Shown: piece by piece, positions 21,645 to 34,710 of the stretch | How the letters are laid out: every line of letters starts with the position of its first letter | Numbering within the stretch: the first letter of the stretch is position 1 | Source of the DNA: Octopus bimaculoides | Taxonomy: Eukaryota | Direction of reading: 5' to 3' | DNA length: 41,475 nt | Assembly (NCBI RefSeq): GCF_001194135.2 | Contig: NC_068981.1 | Span: forward strand, 109,775,344 to 109,816,818 | The notes under the pieces: model-generated | What the model was told of the DNA's origin: nothing | The model's database searches: none | The model's input: the letters and a program-made list of their open reading frames with translations, nothing else | Translations under genes and position numbers: made by a program

Positions 21645-24109
21645 CTGGTGATGCAACAGAAATCCTCATTAGATATTGCAGATAATGCAGATGAAAAATC
21701 TTCAGAAAAAGATGTAACATGTGACATCTAATTAAGAAAACAATGAAATCATTGCCAGTTAGGAAACATATATTTGAAAAGATTTTACTAAAAAGAAAAG
21801 AAATATAATGAAGAGAAAAACCAAAATAAAAATATCACAGTTCTGAGAAATTAATATCTCAGAAAATAATAAGACAATTAAAAATGATTTCCTTGCTTTC
21901 TAAAAAAGTTTTTCAAAGTCACTGTATTGTTAATTGAATATAGGAAAACAATAGAGTTAAAACTAATAACTCTCTAATTGACTAAAACACTTTCATGAGC
22001 TAATTATTGGTCTACTGGATCAAAGAGAAGAAAGATGTTTAACTTAAGTTGATACAATACTAACAAATTTTAGAGAAAAATTTGTTTATCTCATCTATAC
22101 AATTATTAACCCAGAGCTCATTTTATATTATTTAAGGTGTTGAATCATTCAAGTGCACTTTATTTCATCTTAGTCCATCAAGCTAGACTGAACCACACAA
22201 AATATTGCAAGATTTTGGAAACAAAATACATCAATATCAAAATTATTATAAACATCACATTTTCTATTTTCAGAATGCAAAGCTCTAACAACTATTTTAT
22301 GATGAAAGTGAATGCTTTAAATAAAAATATTATTTCATTGGTTTTCCATAAATATATGATAAAAGTATTGTGAAAACTAAGTCTTCTATTTAAATTTGCT
22401 TTTAAATCCATCAGATAAGTAGCCTGTTGAAGATATATTTGCTATTTCATACACATGTTGACATGAAGAAGATATACAAAAATTACCTAAAAAATTTAGT
22501 GAAACTTTAATCAAAATTCTTCATCTAATTGTTTTGGATTGAGAAAAAATATTTTCTTCCATTTGTACTGTAATATTCAATTTTCATTTTCAAAGTTTTC
22601 CCTACCAAATGAATATTTTCTCAATAACATGAAAGGAACTAATAAAATTTTAATCTTCTCTTGGTTTAATATTTTACTGAGAATTTGAACAAAAAATTAG
22701 AAATGCAAAGATAGAAATTGACAAAGATGATGAGTAGAAAGCATACATTTTCAGACAGTGTTCAATAATTGTGAATATTTTCTCACTCATATCACTTGCT
22801 TTGTTAAAATTTAATTTTACTTCAATGTTTCTCAGTTCAAATAAAAGCCAGATGAGTAACAACAACAAAATAGAAAATGACTAGAATGACTTGATAAGTC
22901 AGAAGTTTGTACATCATATCTTAAACATGTTAATAAAATTGAAGAAATTACTATCTGACGAGATTCAGCAATTCAAGTATTACTGCACTGTTTGTTTCTT
23001 TGATATAGATTTCTTAACTTAATACCAGTAAGGATTTTCTGACAGATTAAAACAATAGCATAGACTACTGGATAACCTAGGTGTGCTGAAACAAAGCAGA
23101 AAACTAGAATACATACACAATGCCAAATCTTCTATCAATAAGCTATTTACTATGATCTGTGGAAAGATGCCAATATTTTTTATATACCAAACGATGATAC
23201 TCTCTTAATGACAAACTGCTATCCTACCTTACTTGGTTCAAGGCACACTCCATCAAATATTCACTCTTAGCTAAAGAATTGTAAATTACAATTCTTTAGA
23301 TATATTCAGTTTTGATAATTAGGGAAACATAACTGAAAATCAGAACCTCAAATCAAATTACTCCCTCATACTACAGACCATAGTTAGCTTTAAATTCATC
23401 TACATAACCACTGTCACTGAATGAATACAACCATGCTAAATGTTACACCAGAGCCAATTCTAACAATTAAGGCTGTTAGCATTGGCACTGATGGAGCATT
23501 TAATATGCCATTCCCAGAAATGTATCCCTTGATTTCATTGGCTTCTTGGAGTTTGGGAGTTTTATCTACCATGCAGTTTCGCCACAACCGTTCTCCCCTT
23601 TCCCACTTACTATAGCCACTCCTAGATTCCTCTCTGTCACTGCACACCTATCCTCATTCTCCTACTCTGTACATCATCTCCCTATTTTCTTCTCTAGTTT
23701 ATTATACTGCTTCTCTCTACTCTTCTTGCACTTCCACTTATTACCTCCTCTTCCCTGAGCCTTTTGTTTCTCTCATCTCCTACTCCCATATGATATTTGC
23801 CACCTCCTACACCTCCACCCTTGTTCCATCCCTTACATTCATCTCCACTCCTATCTATAACTCTCTAGTCACATTCTAATGCATTTATCCACCCACCCTG
23901 CCTTATTCACAGTCTGTATTCTCTCTTATACTTGTGTCTTGAGAGTATGCTCTGACACTTCATCACCATTTTCTTCTTTCCAGCAACTCCAACTCACCCT
24001 TATATAGCTATGTATCTCTTCTGTAGCAAGATACCTGTTCCTCATACTTTGGCCTCTCAACACTACTCTCTCCACAACGATCTCACATTGTGCAGACTTT
24101 CTCATTCTC

Positions 24110-24330
24110 TAGTGAGTTACCTGGTTACCTGACTAGTGCCAGTATCACAAAAAAAAAAGAAAAAGAAACCCAGTACACCCTGTAATATAGTTAGCACTGG
24201 AAAGGGCGTTCAACTGTAGAAACCATGCCAAAACAGATACTCGAGGTTGACACAATTTTCTGGCTTAGTAAAACGTGTTAAAGCACACAAGCTAGCCAGC
24301 TTGGAAGATAGATGTTAAATGATAATAGCG
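24110..24330 (+). mobile_element. Diverged RTE-tail SINE copy
   Basis: gttagcactggaaagggcgttcaactgtagaaaccatgcc...cttggaagatagatgttaaatgat. Confidence 0.65.
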
Positions 24331-24464
24331 ATATCCAATAAAGTTTCCAATATTTCTCAGATAATCTGATATTGAATTCATGAAATCTCAACTCACTATC
24401 AATTACCTATTTTGTTCTTTTATATTATTAACATGGATGAAAAAACATCTTAGGAGTATAAGTC

Positions 24465-24930
24465 TGTTGTGTGTGGTTGGTAAACTGTATGGAAGAATTC
24501 TGGTTGTTAGGGTGAGGAACCAGACAGAGTGTACTAGGGGAGGAGCAATGTCGTTTTAGGAGTGGAGGGGGGTGTATAGATCAAGTATTTGTAGTAAGAC
24601 AGATGTGTGAGAAGTTTTTGGCAAAAGGGAGGGAGGTGTATTGGGCCTTTATGGACCTAGAGAAGGTATATGACTGAGTGGATAGGGATGCAATGTGGCA
24701 GGTGTTGCGGTTGTATGGAGTAGATGGCAGATTGTTCAGAGTTGTTCAAAGTTTTTATAGAGCAAGTGGGGCGTGCGTTAGGGTGGATGGTGAAGTGAGT
24801 GAGTGGTTTGATGTGAAGGTGGGGTTAAGACAGGATTGTTTGATCTATATATGGATGGTGTGGTGAGAGAGGTAAATGCTAGAACCCTTGGTGGGAGAAA
24901 ATGGAGAGAAATGGCAGGTGAGTCAGTTGT
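24465..24930 (+). mobile_element. RT fragment of a second RTE-like LINE family
   Basis: VVGKLYGRILVVRVRNQTEC/VLGEEQCRFRSGGGCIDQVFVVRQMCEKFLAKGREVYWAFMDLEKVYD*VDRDAMWQVLRLYG...VGLRQ.../YMDGVVREVNAR. Confidence 0.88.
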
Positions 24931-24949
24931 TGTCTATATATAGTAGAGC

Positions 24950-25032
24950 TTGCTGCAGTTCTCTGGCTTGCCAGCTTCTGTCAAAACATCCAACCCATAC
25001 CAGTATGGAAAATGAATGTTAAATGATGATGC
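24950..25032 (+). mobile_element. RTE-tail SINE 3' fragment next to a NUP188 donor site
   Basis: tggcttgccagcttctgtcaaaacatccaacccataccagtatggaaaatgaatgttaaatgatgatg. Confidence 0.75.
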
Positions 25033-25044
25033 ATATTTACTTAC

Positions 25045-25248
25045 ATTATCACATGAAAAATGTGGTCCTTCTAGCATAGTACTTATATAATTTAAAGACT
25101 TCAGTTGGGTAGCTTGTGAACCAAGTTTACGTATGGTACGTTCATCTTCTCGGTCCACACTACGGCAACTCCGAGTAACAGTCCAACCAAGAAGAAGTGG
25201 TCCATGAGTTGGTAAGCCTGACAGACTTCGAAAAGATTTGTCAAGTGT
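25045..25248 (-). CDS. NUP188: NUP188 exon, 204 nt, phase 0-0: TLDKSFRSLSGLPTHGPLLLGWTVTRSCRSVDREDERTIRKLGSQATQLKSLNYISTMLEGPHFSCDN
   Basis: ctttctctcttatag|ACA...AAT|gtaagt; matches human ...IPHHAPVLLAWALLR...VRKIGGTAIQLNVFQYL; overlaps track ORF 24934..25158. Confidence 0.95.
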
Positions 25249-28200
25249 CTATAAGAGAGAAAGTATAAACAAATGTATTTGAATGACAACATTGGGATAT
25301 GTTTGTGTGTGTGAGTGTTGACCAATACAGATATGTAGATATAGTAACTGAAGAAATGAAAATATTAATATGCATATAAAAGGTAAGGGAGATGAGATAC
25401 GGAAAGATTATCAAAATTGTAAGGAATAAAATATGACTCATATGGAGATATAAGATAGAAAGAGATCTATGTACATAATAGACACACACACATACACACA
25501 CAGTCATGCGTTTTATGAGAATGCACAAGTATATGAGAGAATGGACATGAAATTCATTGATTCTGTCTTAGAAAACTTTCCAATATGAGTTTACAGCAAT
25601 AAATATAGGAGAAACAACCAATTCAAGTATTATCTTTGATCTCTGGGTGAACTTATAACAAGTAATTTTGTAATCAATAACACTATTGCTCCATTTCTAC
25701 TAAACCAAATTACATCTTGAACAAAGACGAAAAGTCAACAATTATGATGATATGAATACAATAAAAATCACCCAGCCAAGTTTTTTTTATTAAAGTTAAG
25801 TTTTACAAGAATACAAAGGGTTGATTATGAATATTGCCTGTATTAATTTATGCATCTTTCTCACATTTGTATTTCAAAATTTCTTTAGACATCTCTGACT
25901 CACATTGCAAAAATAGTGTCTTATTGAAATTAAATCAAGACAAATGTCTTTAGTTTATATACTATGGAAGATTAGGATAACAAATAACAGCTTGAACTCC
26001 ACCACTTCACACTTGGAGGGAGAGTTTGAGACAGAAAAGTTAGAGGAATACAACTGAAATTTGTGAATATAAACAGAAAGGAATTCTAGAACGCAGTTTA
26101 CAAAATAGAGATAAATGAAAATGAAGGAATAATGAAAGAGTGGAATTGTTTAGAATAAAGGAATAACAAGTGGTTTTGATAGCAACAATAAGACACATGT
26201 ATAAAAGACAGTTATTGGAATTTTGAACATAATTTAGTTCCAGTTTAATGGAAATATTGATGTTCTTGTACCAAATAAATAATTAAGATTCATGTGAGAA
26301 AGGTTGTAACATTGAAATTTTCACTGATTGAAAGGACATTTATGAAGCACATGCATGCAAGCACACATACACAAACACATCATAGAGAATCTTTAAGGAT
26401 TTCTATGGCGGGCCATTTTTCTGGTTTATGGTGCAATATCCCTTGCACTAAAGTAAACATAAAAATGAACTGAAACAATACATCTACATGCTAATTGTTT
26501 TCAATAAAATATGGAGGATAGTGAAACAGAAGCTTAATCTTTCAAGTCATTGAGCACTAAATGGCTTTTTAAAAATCTCTCCTCCTCAATTACCAAGGCT
26601 ACATTTTCTTCATGTGAAGCCACAATTTGAAATTGAAACTAGCCAAATAGCTGTTGAATCAGAATGTCTTTGCAATCTCAATAAGAAAAACTAAGAAAAA
26701 AATCCTTAGGGATACCAATAACTTAGCCTATAAAAAACTGGAAATGGATAAGATAATAAGAATATTTAATTCTGCTGATCTGATGTCTGTAGCTGGAGGA
26801 TTAGAAAGGATATTAAAGCCTAAGCTTATGGGACTTTATCTGAAAAATCAAGCATCCAAAGATTAAACAGTAAGCAGAAAATTCTTGGAGCTTGAATAAT
26901 ACTGAGTTTTGCAATATTTGAATAACAATAAATTGAAGCTGTGATAAAAGAGAAAAAAACAAAACAACATTCAAATATCTTTTAGAAATGAAAGACAAAG
27001 GTGAATACATCAAGTTATCTAGTTAACCTTACATTATAAATCCTGTAATAAACCTTAAATGTAAGGAGAAGCATTCTATCTTCATATTCAGATAAACTAT
27101 GCCAGCATCAATGAATGATTTTCTTTCTCTTAGTTCCTTCTCTTCTCTCATATTTTTACTTCATTCTCTCCTTTTAATCCTGTCATCATACTTTTATCTC
27201 TTATTCTCCAACACATCATTATAATGTTCTTTTTCTATCTTTTTAATTAGGATAAAAATCATTTTAATTTTATTCTTCTTTTCTTAAGTCCAGTTCTGAC
27301 CAATTGCTGTTGTCATTTGTTTTGCTTATGGACTCCTTTAACTGTAGCTAATACATCTCTCTTTCCCCTATTTATTTTGTAATCTCTTCTTATTTCAATT
27401 ATTTTATTTAAAACAAACTGTTTTATTTCCAAAATGTCCAATTAAAAAACAAAAAAACAAAAAAAAAAAACTAATAACAGGTTTGTTCTAGTTTATCCAT
27501 AGTTCTACTTTCTTCTGTTGCCATCAGTTGTGCCCCTCATAAGTCTCTTTTGTTCATATTTAGATTCTCTATTTCTTTATCTCATTTCTAATGATTTGCT
27601 GAACCTCCCAATTTGTTTCTAATAATTTCCTTATCTTATCTCTATCTTTCTTCCCTTCACTATTTTAATTATCCCTTTCATTTCATTTACTTTTTAATTG
27701 TTTTTTTTAAAAAGTAATTATTTTGTCTTTAATTTATGACACTAGTTTTTCTTCTTATATTCTAATCTCTATATCTACTTCCTCTTTTGCCATCTTGTTG
27801 ATCTCTCCTATTTCACTTTTAGGCTGATCTTTTACCAAATTTTAGCAAACATTTTGTTCTCTCATGTTTTCTCTTATTTTGCAGTATGTCTTCTCCATCA
27901 TTTTCTTCCAATGTAATTTTTCTATCCCACCCCCAGTTCCCTCCCACTACTATTTTAACCTGCTAGTGGGATCAAAGAGGAGGAATTTTTCTCCTAGTCA
28001 AAAGGTCAGACATGAAAAGTCACTTTTCTCCCCATGGCATACAGGCTTATCTAAACTCATTAACTGCATTCTATATCTCATTTGCCAATAGACACCACTG
28101 GTAGTTTTCCAATTTTCTCTTTTTTAAACTTCTCTTCCAATTATATTACTTTCTTTTACAATTACCTGATCTCACTGTCAAATGAGGAATACTGTTAAAT

Positions 28201-29547
28201 TATATATTTTAAAAACTCTAATGAACTTTATTTCATCATTCTCAATTCAGGACTCCAAATTTACTAGGATTAATTAAATTTGCTTGTCACTCTAATTAGC
28301 TTTGTCATCCTAGATCAGCAATGGTAAACCATTTTATAATCTTGGATACTGAAATTTTAATTTCTTTAATAATTCTGTAACTGGAGTGTCACTCACCATA
28401 TAAACATGTACTTTAGTTTTAGGTAAGCTTTTTATAACATGATAATGCAAGGAAATTTTCTTTCAAAGTCCACTATGTGTGTCACCTAAAAACCTACCAA
28501 TGTTCCCTATCACTGTCTAAGCTGAAAATTAAATGGTCATCCATCCTACTGCTAACTTTGTTTAAGGAATGTCATTCAACAGGAAAACAGTTACCCAATC
28601 AAATCAAATATTTAGAGTTATAAAAACATTCCAAATATGAAAAATAACTATAATATGGCGCTGGAAGACCCAATACAATAACAATTCATCAATTTAATCT
28701 TAGTTAAAGCATATGTACAGATTAAATTACAACAGATGACAAACAGAAACTAAACCATATTAAATATTTGATTTTACTTAAGTGTGTGTGGGTGTGTGGA
28801 GGGGGACACTAAAAGTTATTAGTTATTTCAATAGCATGGACATTAGTCATTAGTCAAATACAGACAATTACCAGAAAATTCTGGATCCATTGCTTGGAAC
28901 TCAGATAATGTCTTCCTTTAATCAATGAGACACCAGCAGTGGATTTGAATTCTAAAAGTATAAGACAGTAGACTAACGTCTTACCTACTCAGCCACTGAA
29001 ATTCTCAAGAACAATCAATAGTTATACCCTTCCCCTATGTAGTTTATATTTCTCAACTGACCAAATTTTCATTTATAAATTTCCAATTATCTAACTGAAC
29101 CATCTCATAGTTCATGTTTGATTATGAGCAAGAGGAAAATAAAGATAATGATAATGATATAACAAGAGGGATACAGTTGGATATAAGCTTTAAATGTAAT
29201 GAACCATGAGGTCACCCTATGAAAATATGAAAAGATAGACTCAATTGTTTATGATTTTTATGACAATCTCAGCCCATTCTCCTATGTAAGCTGAAAGACA
29301 ATAATTTTAGTTCTTATAGAATTTTTACAAAATAAATAATTGATACTATATTTCTTGAAAGTAAAGAGAAACATATAAACAAAGATCAATCTAAGAAGAA
29401 ACTGTTGTTTCAAAACACATAAAAGAATAAAAGAAGATGAGACAAATGAAAACAAAATGAAGAAATAAAATAGAAGTAAAACAACCTATAATATTTAAAG
29501 TCTATTATTTGTTAATAAAGAAGTTATAAATGTAATTTAATACATAC

Positions 29548-29590
29548 TTTGAAGTCTTCACTATCTTTTAATAAGGGATGCAGATGAAAG
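29548..29590 (-). CDS. NUP188: NUP188 exon, 43 nt, phase 2-0: (S)FHLHPLLKDSEDFK
   Basis: gtattttttacag|CTTT...AAA|gtatgt; positionally equivalent to human RELHQFAQDGLICQ; restores phase 0. Confidence 0.85.
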
Positions 29591-30409
29591 CTGTAAAAAA
29601 TACAAAAATTACAAATAACAGCAATGAAAAGGTTGAAATAATTGAAATGATGTTTCATTAGAATAGTAATCTAAAACAAACAACAACAACAATAAATAAT
29701 AGTAGTTGTTGTACAGTGTGAGATAGTACATTAAATCTAGTGCCATAAAGAATTATTGTTAAGTTATTGATTATCAAGTGAAAACATTATTTACTATATC
29801 AATGAAATCATGTAAACATGACTGTGACTTAATAGTTTACAGAGAAATTGGTGAATATATCATTATTAGTTTTCTGACTCTAAATCCAGTCTTTCTTGCA
29901 AGAATTAAACTTACAAACAATATGTTACAAAGAGAAGTGATTAGGATTCAATTATATAACTACATAACTATCCAATAAATCACTGGCTGAGATGGTTTTG
30001 TTCCATGAGACACATTACAATACAGAAAACAAAATTGTAAAGTGAATTTTTGTGTTTTTGGAGGTTGAATATACACAAAATATACTGACAGACATATTAG
30101 GTACCTGTCTAAATACAAACTATGCTCAACAAGATATCTAGTAAAATAAATGTATTTTTTCATCTACTGGGCAATAAGTGGTGAAGAAATGCTAATATTC
30201 CCACAATTTGAAAGTTGTTGAAACGATAATCATGCACACATCATATGGGTTGCCGTAATTGGTTTAGTTAACAGAAAACACTAAGGAAAATAAAAAAGAA
30301 AGAAAAGAAAAATTCCATTGTATTTTCCCATAGGTATTTAAAAAGAATGCAGAATATATGAGAAGTTGATATATCTAAACAAAGTGTTAGCGACTGGAGG
30401 GATCTGAAA

Positions 30410-31251
30410 TACAAAGTGCATTCCAGAAGTTTTGAGACTTTTCTTTTAAAAGCAGCTGTAACTGTCCTAGATTATTGCAATTTTAGTAAATCATTCCTAT
30501 ACATCTAATAAAACAACCTGCTAGCTTTTGCTATTCCAAACTGAAGGAGACGGCTGCAACAGCACTTTAAAGACACTCTACTTAAACAGTTGTCACAGCT
30601 GATTAGTTTGCAGAATGCAGCTGGAACATGAAAGACAATTTAGAAGTTCACTATGCAATAAAATTTAGTGTTAAACGGGACAAAAACACAATAGAAACCT
30701 ATGAAATGCTCCAGATTGTTTATGGATTAACTTGTATGAGCTGAGCATCTGTGTTTTTGTAAGTCCAGTAGGAAGCTTGTGATATCCTCTTTTGACATCA
30801 AGAGCATCATCTACATCCACCAGGTTCCCTCTGACCAGACAGTCAACAAAGAATACTTTGTGGAGGTTTGGAAGTGGTTCAGGAAGAGATTTCATTACAA
30901 AGGGTCAGAGTACTCACACCAGGACAATGCACCAGTCCACAATTCTATCCTGGTAACCAACTACTTGACAGATATGGAAATCAAGACTGTCCTGCACCCT
31001 CCCTACAGTTTAGACCTTGCTCCCAGTGACTTTTCGTTGCTCCCTAAACTGAAAAAGATGAGAATGACTGTGACAAGAGTCCTGGATACTTTCACTTTGG
31101 AGGGTTTTCACGGGGCTTTCATGAAGTTGCTTGAGTGCTACAACAAATGCACTAAGTCAGGAGATCCTACTTTGGAGATTAGAATTTTGTACTCTTTTTA
31201 AAATCAATGTCTTCCTTGAAAAGTCTCAAAACTTCTGGAATGCACCTGGTA
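30410..31251 (+). mobile_element. Internally deleted mariner (D34D) with both TIRs
   Basis: TIRs tacaaagtgcattccagaagttttgagacttt / aaagtctcaaaacttctggaatgcacctggta with terminal TA; N-terminal YAIKFSVK...ETYEML fragment and C-terminal HQDNAPVH-(34)-SD, HPPYSLDLAPSDF; DETW region missing. Confidence 0.92.
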
Positions 31252-31295
31252 GATAGTCAGTAATCAGAATGGAAACATTACTAAATCAACATTAC

Positions 31296-31367
31296 CTGTT
31301 ATTCTTAGCACAGAGCTGAATTAAGTCAAAGTCAAGGATCTTCAAAATCATGATAATTTGTAAGTAC
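31296..31367 (-). CDS. NUP188: NUP188 exon, 72 nt, phase 2-2: (E)YLQIIMILKILDFDLIQLCAKNN(S)
   Basis: ttttctttaataag|GTAC...CAG|gtaatg; matches human GYFSALILVEGMDIESLHKCALDDR; phase fits both neighbours. Confidence 0.88.
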
Positions 31368-33314
31368 CTTATTAAAGAAAAAAATAAAATGAAAAAGCTG
31401 AGGAAAGATGTTTTTAGTGATTTATTCAAATATTGCATTCAAAAAGTGAATTAAAGAAAAACACCAACTGATTACTTTGAGCAATTTGTTTAAGAACAAA
31501 CAATTTTAAATATTTTCAGTCTATTTTACACTGTAAATGATAATATATCATTTTTTCTTAACAGCTTTTCTCCATGGTTACACATGTTAGACAAGAGATC
31601 ACCCAACTGAAATATACTATGTTTTATGACTTAGAAATTTATATTCAATAAATAAAAACTAAATAGAAATACATCGTAAGTGGATGGTTCACAAATATAA
31701 CCAAGTAATATTTTCATGTTCCTCAGATGAATTTATCATCCTTTTGAACAAGTAAAAAAAACAATGCTCAAGTTAGTGTTATTTTAATTCTTTCTGATTA
31801 TCTGATGCAGAGAAAATTTAGAAATGATTATAAAGTGGAGAAATGATAATAATTAATGACACATCTTTTTAAAAATTATTTTAAGTATAGTAAATAATCC
31901 TGGATGCGTTTCTGTCTTAGAAGACCTTCTCAGCAATACATACATATCACTGTTATCTTCTGTATTTGCAAGAATAATTAAATAAAACTAAAATTGTTTT
32001 TTTCTTCACAAAATAATTATTTCTACTTATCTTTTTAATGCCTACTGCATATATGATGCTCACCATATATAAGGGCTGCAGTACAAAATAGCTGTTTTTA
32101 TTTAAAAGTTGATTGTGTTTAAGTACCTAAGCTTAATGGTAAGACAGCAAACAAAATGAATAGTTTACAAAGGCATGCAACTCAGAATGACTGACTATAC
32201 TGAAGTAAGTGGTTATACTTTATAACAAACTGGAGTAGAGGGAGTTTGTCTATTCTGGAAGCCAGCTGCCTTCATGAAATATTGCTGTAAAAGATCAGCA
32301 CTTGTGAATGATAACTAATGACAACAATTAATAATTGGAAACCAGATGAAAGGCATTCCAGCATAAGGTAAAATATGCAGAAAGTTTTAGACAGGAAGAT
32401 AAGTATTACAGTGAAAACAAATTTCTTAAAAACTAAGAAAACAAAATGAAGGACATAGAAAAATTGCAAGGACTTTGTTGCTCCAGAAATGATCTTGAAA
32501 AAGAAATATTTTTATAACTCTTTCTGCAACAATATCAGGCAGTTGTAAAATTCAGAGTACTACTAGCCAATGATCTGAGTCAAGTTGATATCAATGGCAT
32601 TCCCCACCTCCTTGTTTTTTTGTTAGTCTTAAAGAAATGTGAAAAGAAATCTTAAATGGTTCTTTCTTTGGTTGAATAGATTAGAACCAAAGTTAACAAT
32701 TATGATAGATAAAAGAGATGTAAGTCAATGAATTTATACAGAACCCAATATTTTACATCATATTATAAAACATAGTAATGACCTTTTCTCAGTAATAAAC
32801 TGATAAACATTTATTATCAGAACATGTTGATATCCTCAGGACATTGCATATAAAGGCAGCAAATCTCAAGTCCAAACAAGTGTAAATAAACAAAAATAGG
32901 AATGTGATTTCAACTGATCTGGACTACATTAATTAATGATACTGATATAACAGCAGTAACATTTATAAAATAATCAAGACACTACAGGTAGAGACTTTCA
33001 GTGAGCTTAAGTGAAGTAAAATATACTTGATTATTCAAGCATCAATAATATGACATTACTTCAAAAGAACAACTGATGTCTTACACCACAAGAAAGAAAG
33101 CAAATCTCTTTTGATAATACTTTTTAAATAGTTTTCAAAAAAATTTGGCTTCAGAAGCTGTATTTATTTATATTGAATTCTTGACAATGTCACTTTCAAT
33201 GAAAACAAAACTGCCAGTGTTTCTTAACTATTCAAAATATATTACAAAAAACAACTTTTCTTTAAATGGAACTCTTCATTTTAAATAGAATTGAAAAGAT
33301 TGAAAAGAACTTAC

Positions 33315-33391
33315 TCAATTTTTTTCAGGTACTTTTCAGAAGATACATCAAGTACATGGCAGAATTTCTGCCATTGACCAAAACCTTGATT
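33315..33391 (-). CDS. NUP188: NUP188 exon, 77 nt, phase 0-2: NQGFGQWQKFCHVLDVSSEKYLKKI(E)
   Basis: tttaaatctag|AAT...TGA|gtaagt; matches human EQGFGSRQTNRHLVDETMDPFVDRIG. Confidence 0.92.
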
Positions 33392-33721
33392 CTAGATTTA
33401 AAATGATTTAAATTTACTTAACATGTTGAAAGAAATACCAATATAATTCCATGTTTAATTCATACTAATCAGCAAAAGTAAAACAAAAACCATACATGTA
33501 TGTTATAAGTATTTATGACAAAGTGATTCAGATAAAAAATACAACACTGAACTAAATTTGAATAAAAATAATAAGTGTAAAAATTATGCAATTAATTTAA
33601 AGAATATCAAAGAAAATATGGAAGTTTCAAAATAACTTGATTATATTATCATAATATTTACTACCATGATATTAGGATATTCTGCTAAAACCTGTTTTAG
33701 GAAAAGAAAATGATTTCTTAC

Positions 33722-33811
33722 CTTGAATTTATCAAGAAGTAATATGAATTTTTTTGAATCACATTCTGCAATATCTCCAAGTGATATAAGCATGCATTCC
33801 AGAAGTTCACA
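33722..33811 (-). CDS. NUP188: NUP188 exon, 90 nt, phase 0-0: CELLECMLISLGDIAECDSKKFILLLDKFK
   Basis: ttttcctcttag|TGT...AAG|gtaaga; matches human SMLLEIIFLYYAYFEMAPSDLLVLTKMFK. Confidence 0.9.
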
Positions 33812-34662
33812 CTAAGAGGAAAATAAATATACTTTGATGATAGGGCAGGATTCCTTTAATAGGTAGTTATATTTTGAACAGTATATTATGGTAATAGAGT
33901 GAGAGAGAGAGAAAGAGAATCTTTATGTGAAGAAAAGTTAACTGAACTTTTTCATATTAACCAGTTTATTAATACCCTAACCACAATATTTTCATTAAAC
34001 TTAGTTCTGGCATTAATATCACCTGGGTAACAGAAAATATCTACTATGTTTGGGAGTCCTTTGAGTGCATATATGCACTTACATGTATATACACACCTAA
34101 AAATTTGAAAATATTTCAGTAGTTGTAGTTGTGTACTAATCTGAAAGAATTAATGTAAGCTTTGAGAGCTCTCCATTCCTGCTTACTGTATATTACCAAT
34201 ATTGCTTCCTATGTTCTCATTGGGAAACAACTCAGATTTCAACAGTGTTCCCAAATTCATAATCAAGCATTTACTTTCATGGCTGTCTTTTCATAGCTGA
34301 GAAAAGCTCCAAGGATCACAATTCTAATCAATCATCTACCTACACAACCTACATCATCTTTTTTGACTAACCTCTAATCTTATACAAACACAACAGAACA
34401 AATACAGAATAGAGACTATGAAAATATCATCAAATTTAGATGCGTGTATGTGTGTACATGCCTGTCACATGCACTTAAAGGGCACCTAGAATTAAAAGAT
34501 AATGACAGTTATCTAGATGATATTATTAGTGCTTAAGACAGAATTATTGAAAATATAGAACTACAGTATAAATAGTCATAATATAAACAATAACAAGCTC
34601 TCATATCTTTGCATTTAGAAATGAATTAGAACAAACATGACAAAAATAAAAATAAAGCTCAC

Positions 34663-34710
34663 CTGTTCTTTTAAATTTTGAATTGCCCATATCAGTGAAT
34701 TCTTTTTATT
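34663..34710 (-). CDS. NUP188: NUP188 exon, 48 nt, phase 0-0: NKKNSLIWAIQNLKEQ
   Basis: ataatgacag|AAT...CAG|gtgagc; matches human TERQVSRWFVQCLREQ. Confidence 0.9.

Noticed and set aside
23414-23647. Overlapping opposite-strand ORFs 23414-23647 and 23421-23615
   Set aside because: No recognisable domain or splice-supported boundaries; probably chance ORFs in decayed repeat sequence.
27100-28200. Long pyrimidine-rich stretch that could be a minus-strand LINE relic
   Set aside because: No diagnostic peptide motif could be read, so no family call is supportable.
28500-28523. 24-nt candidate microexon (aattttcag|...|gtaggt)
   Set aside because: In phase 0, required by the flanking exons, it reads CTT AGA CAG TGA (stop).
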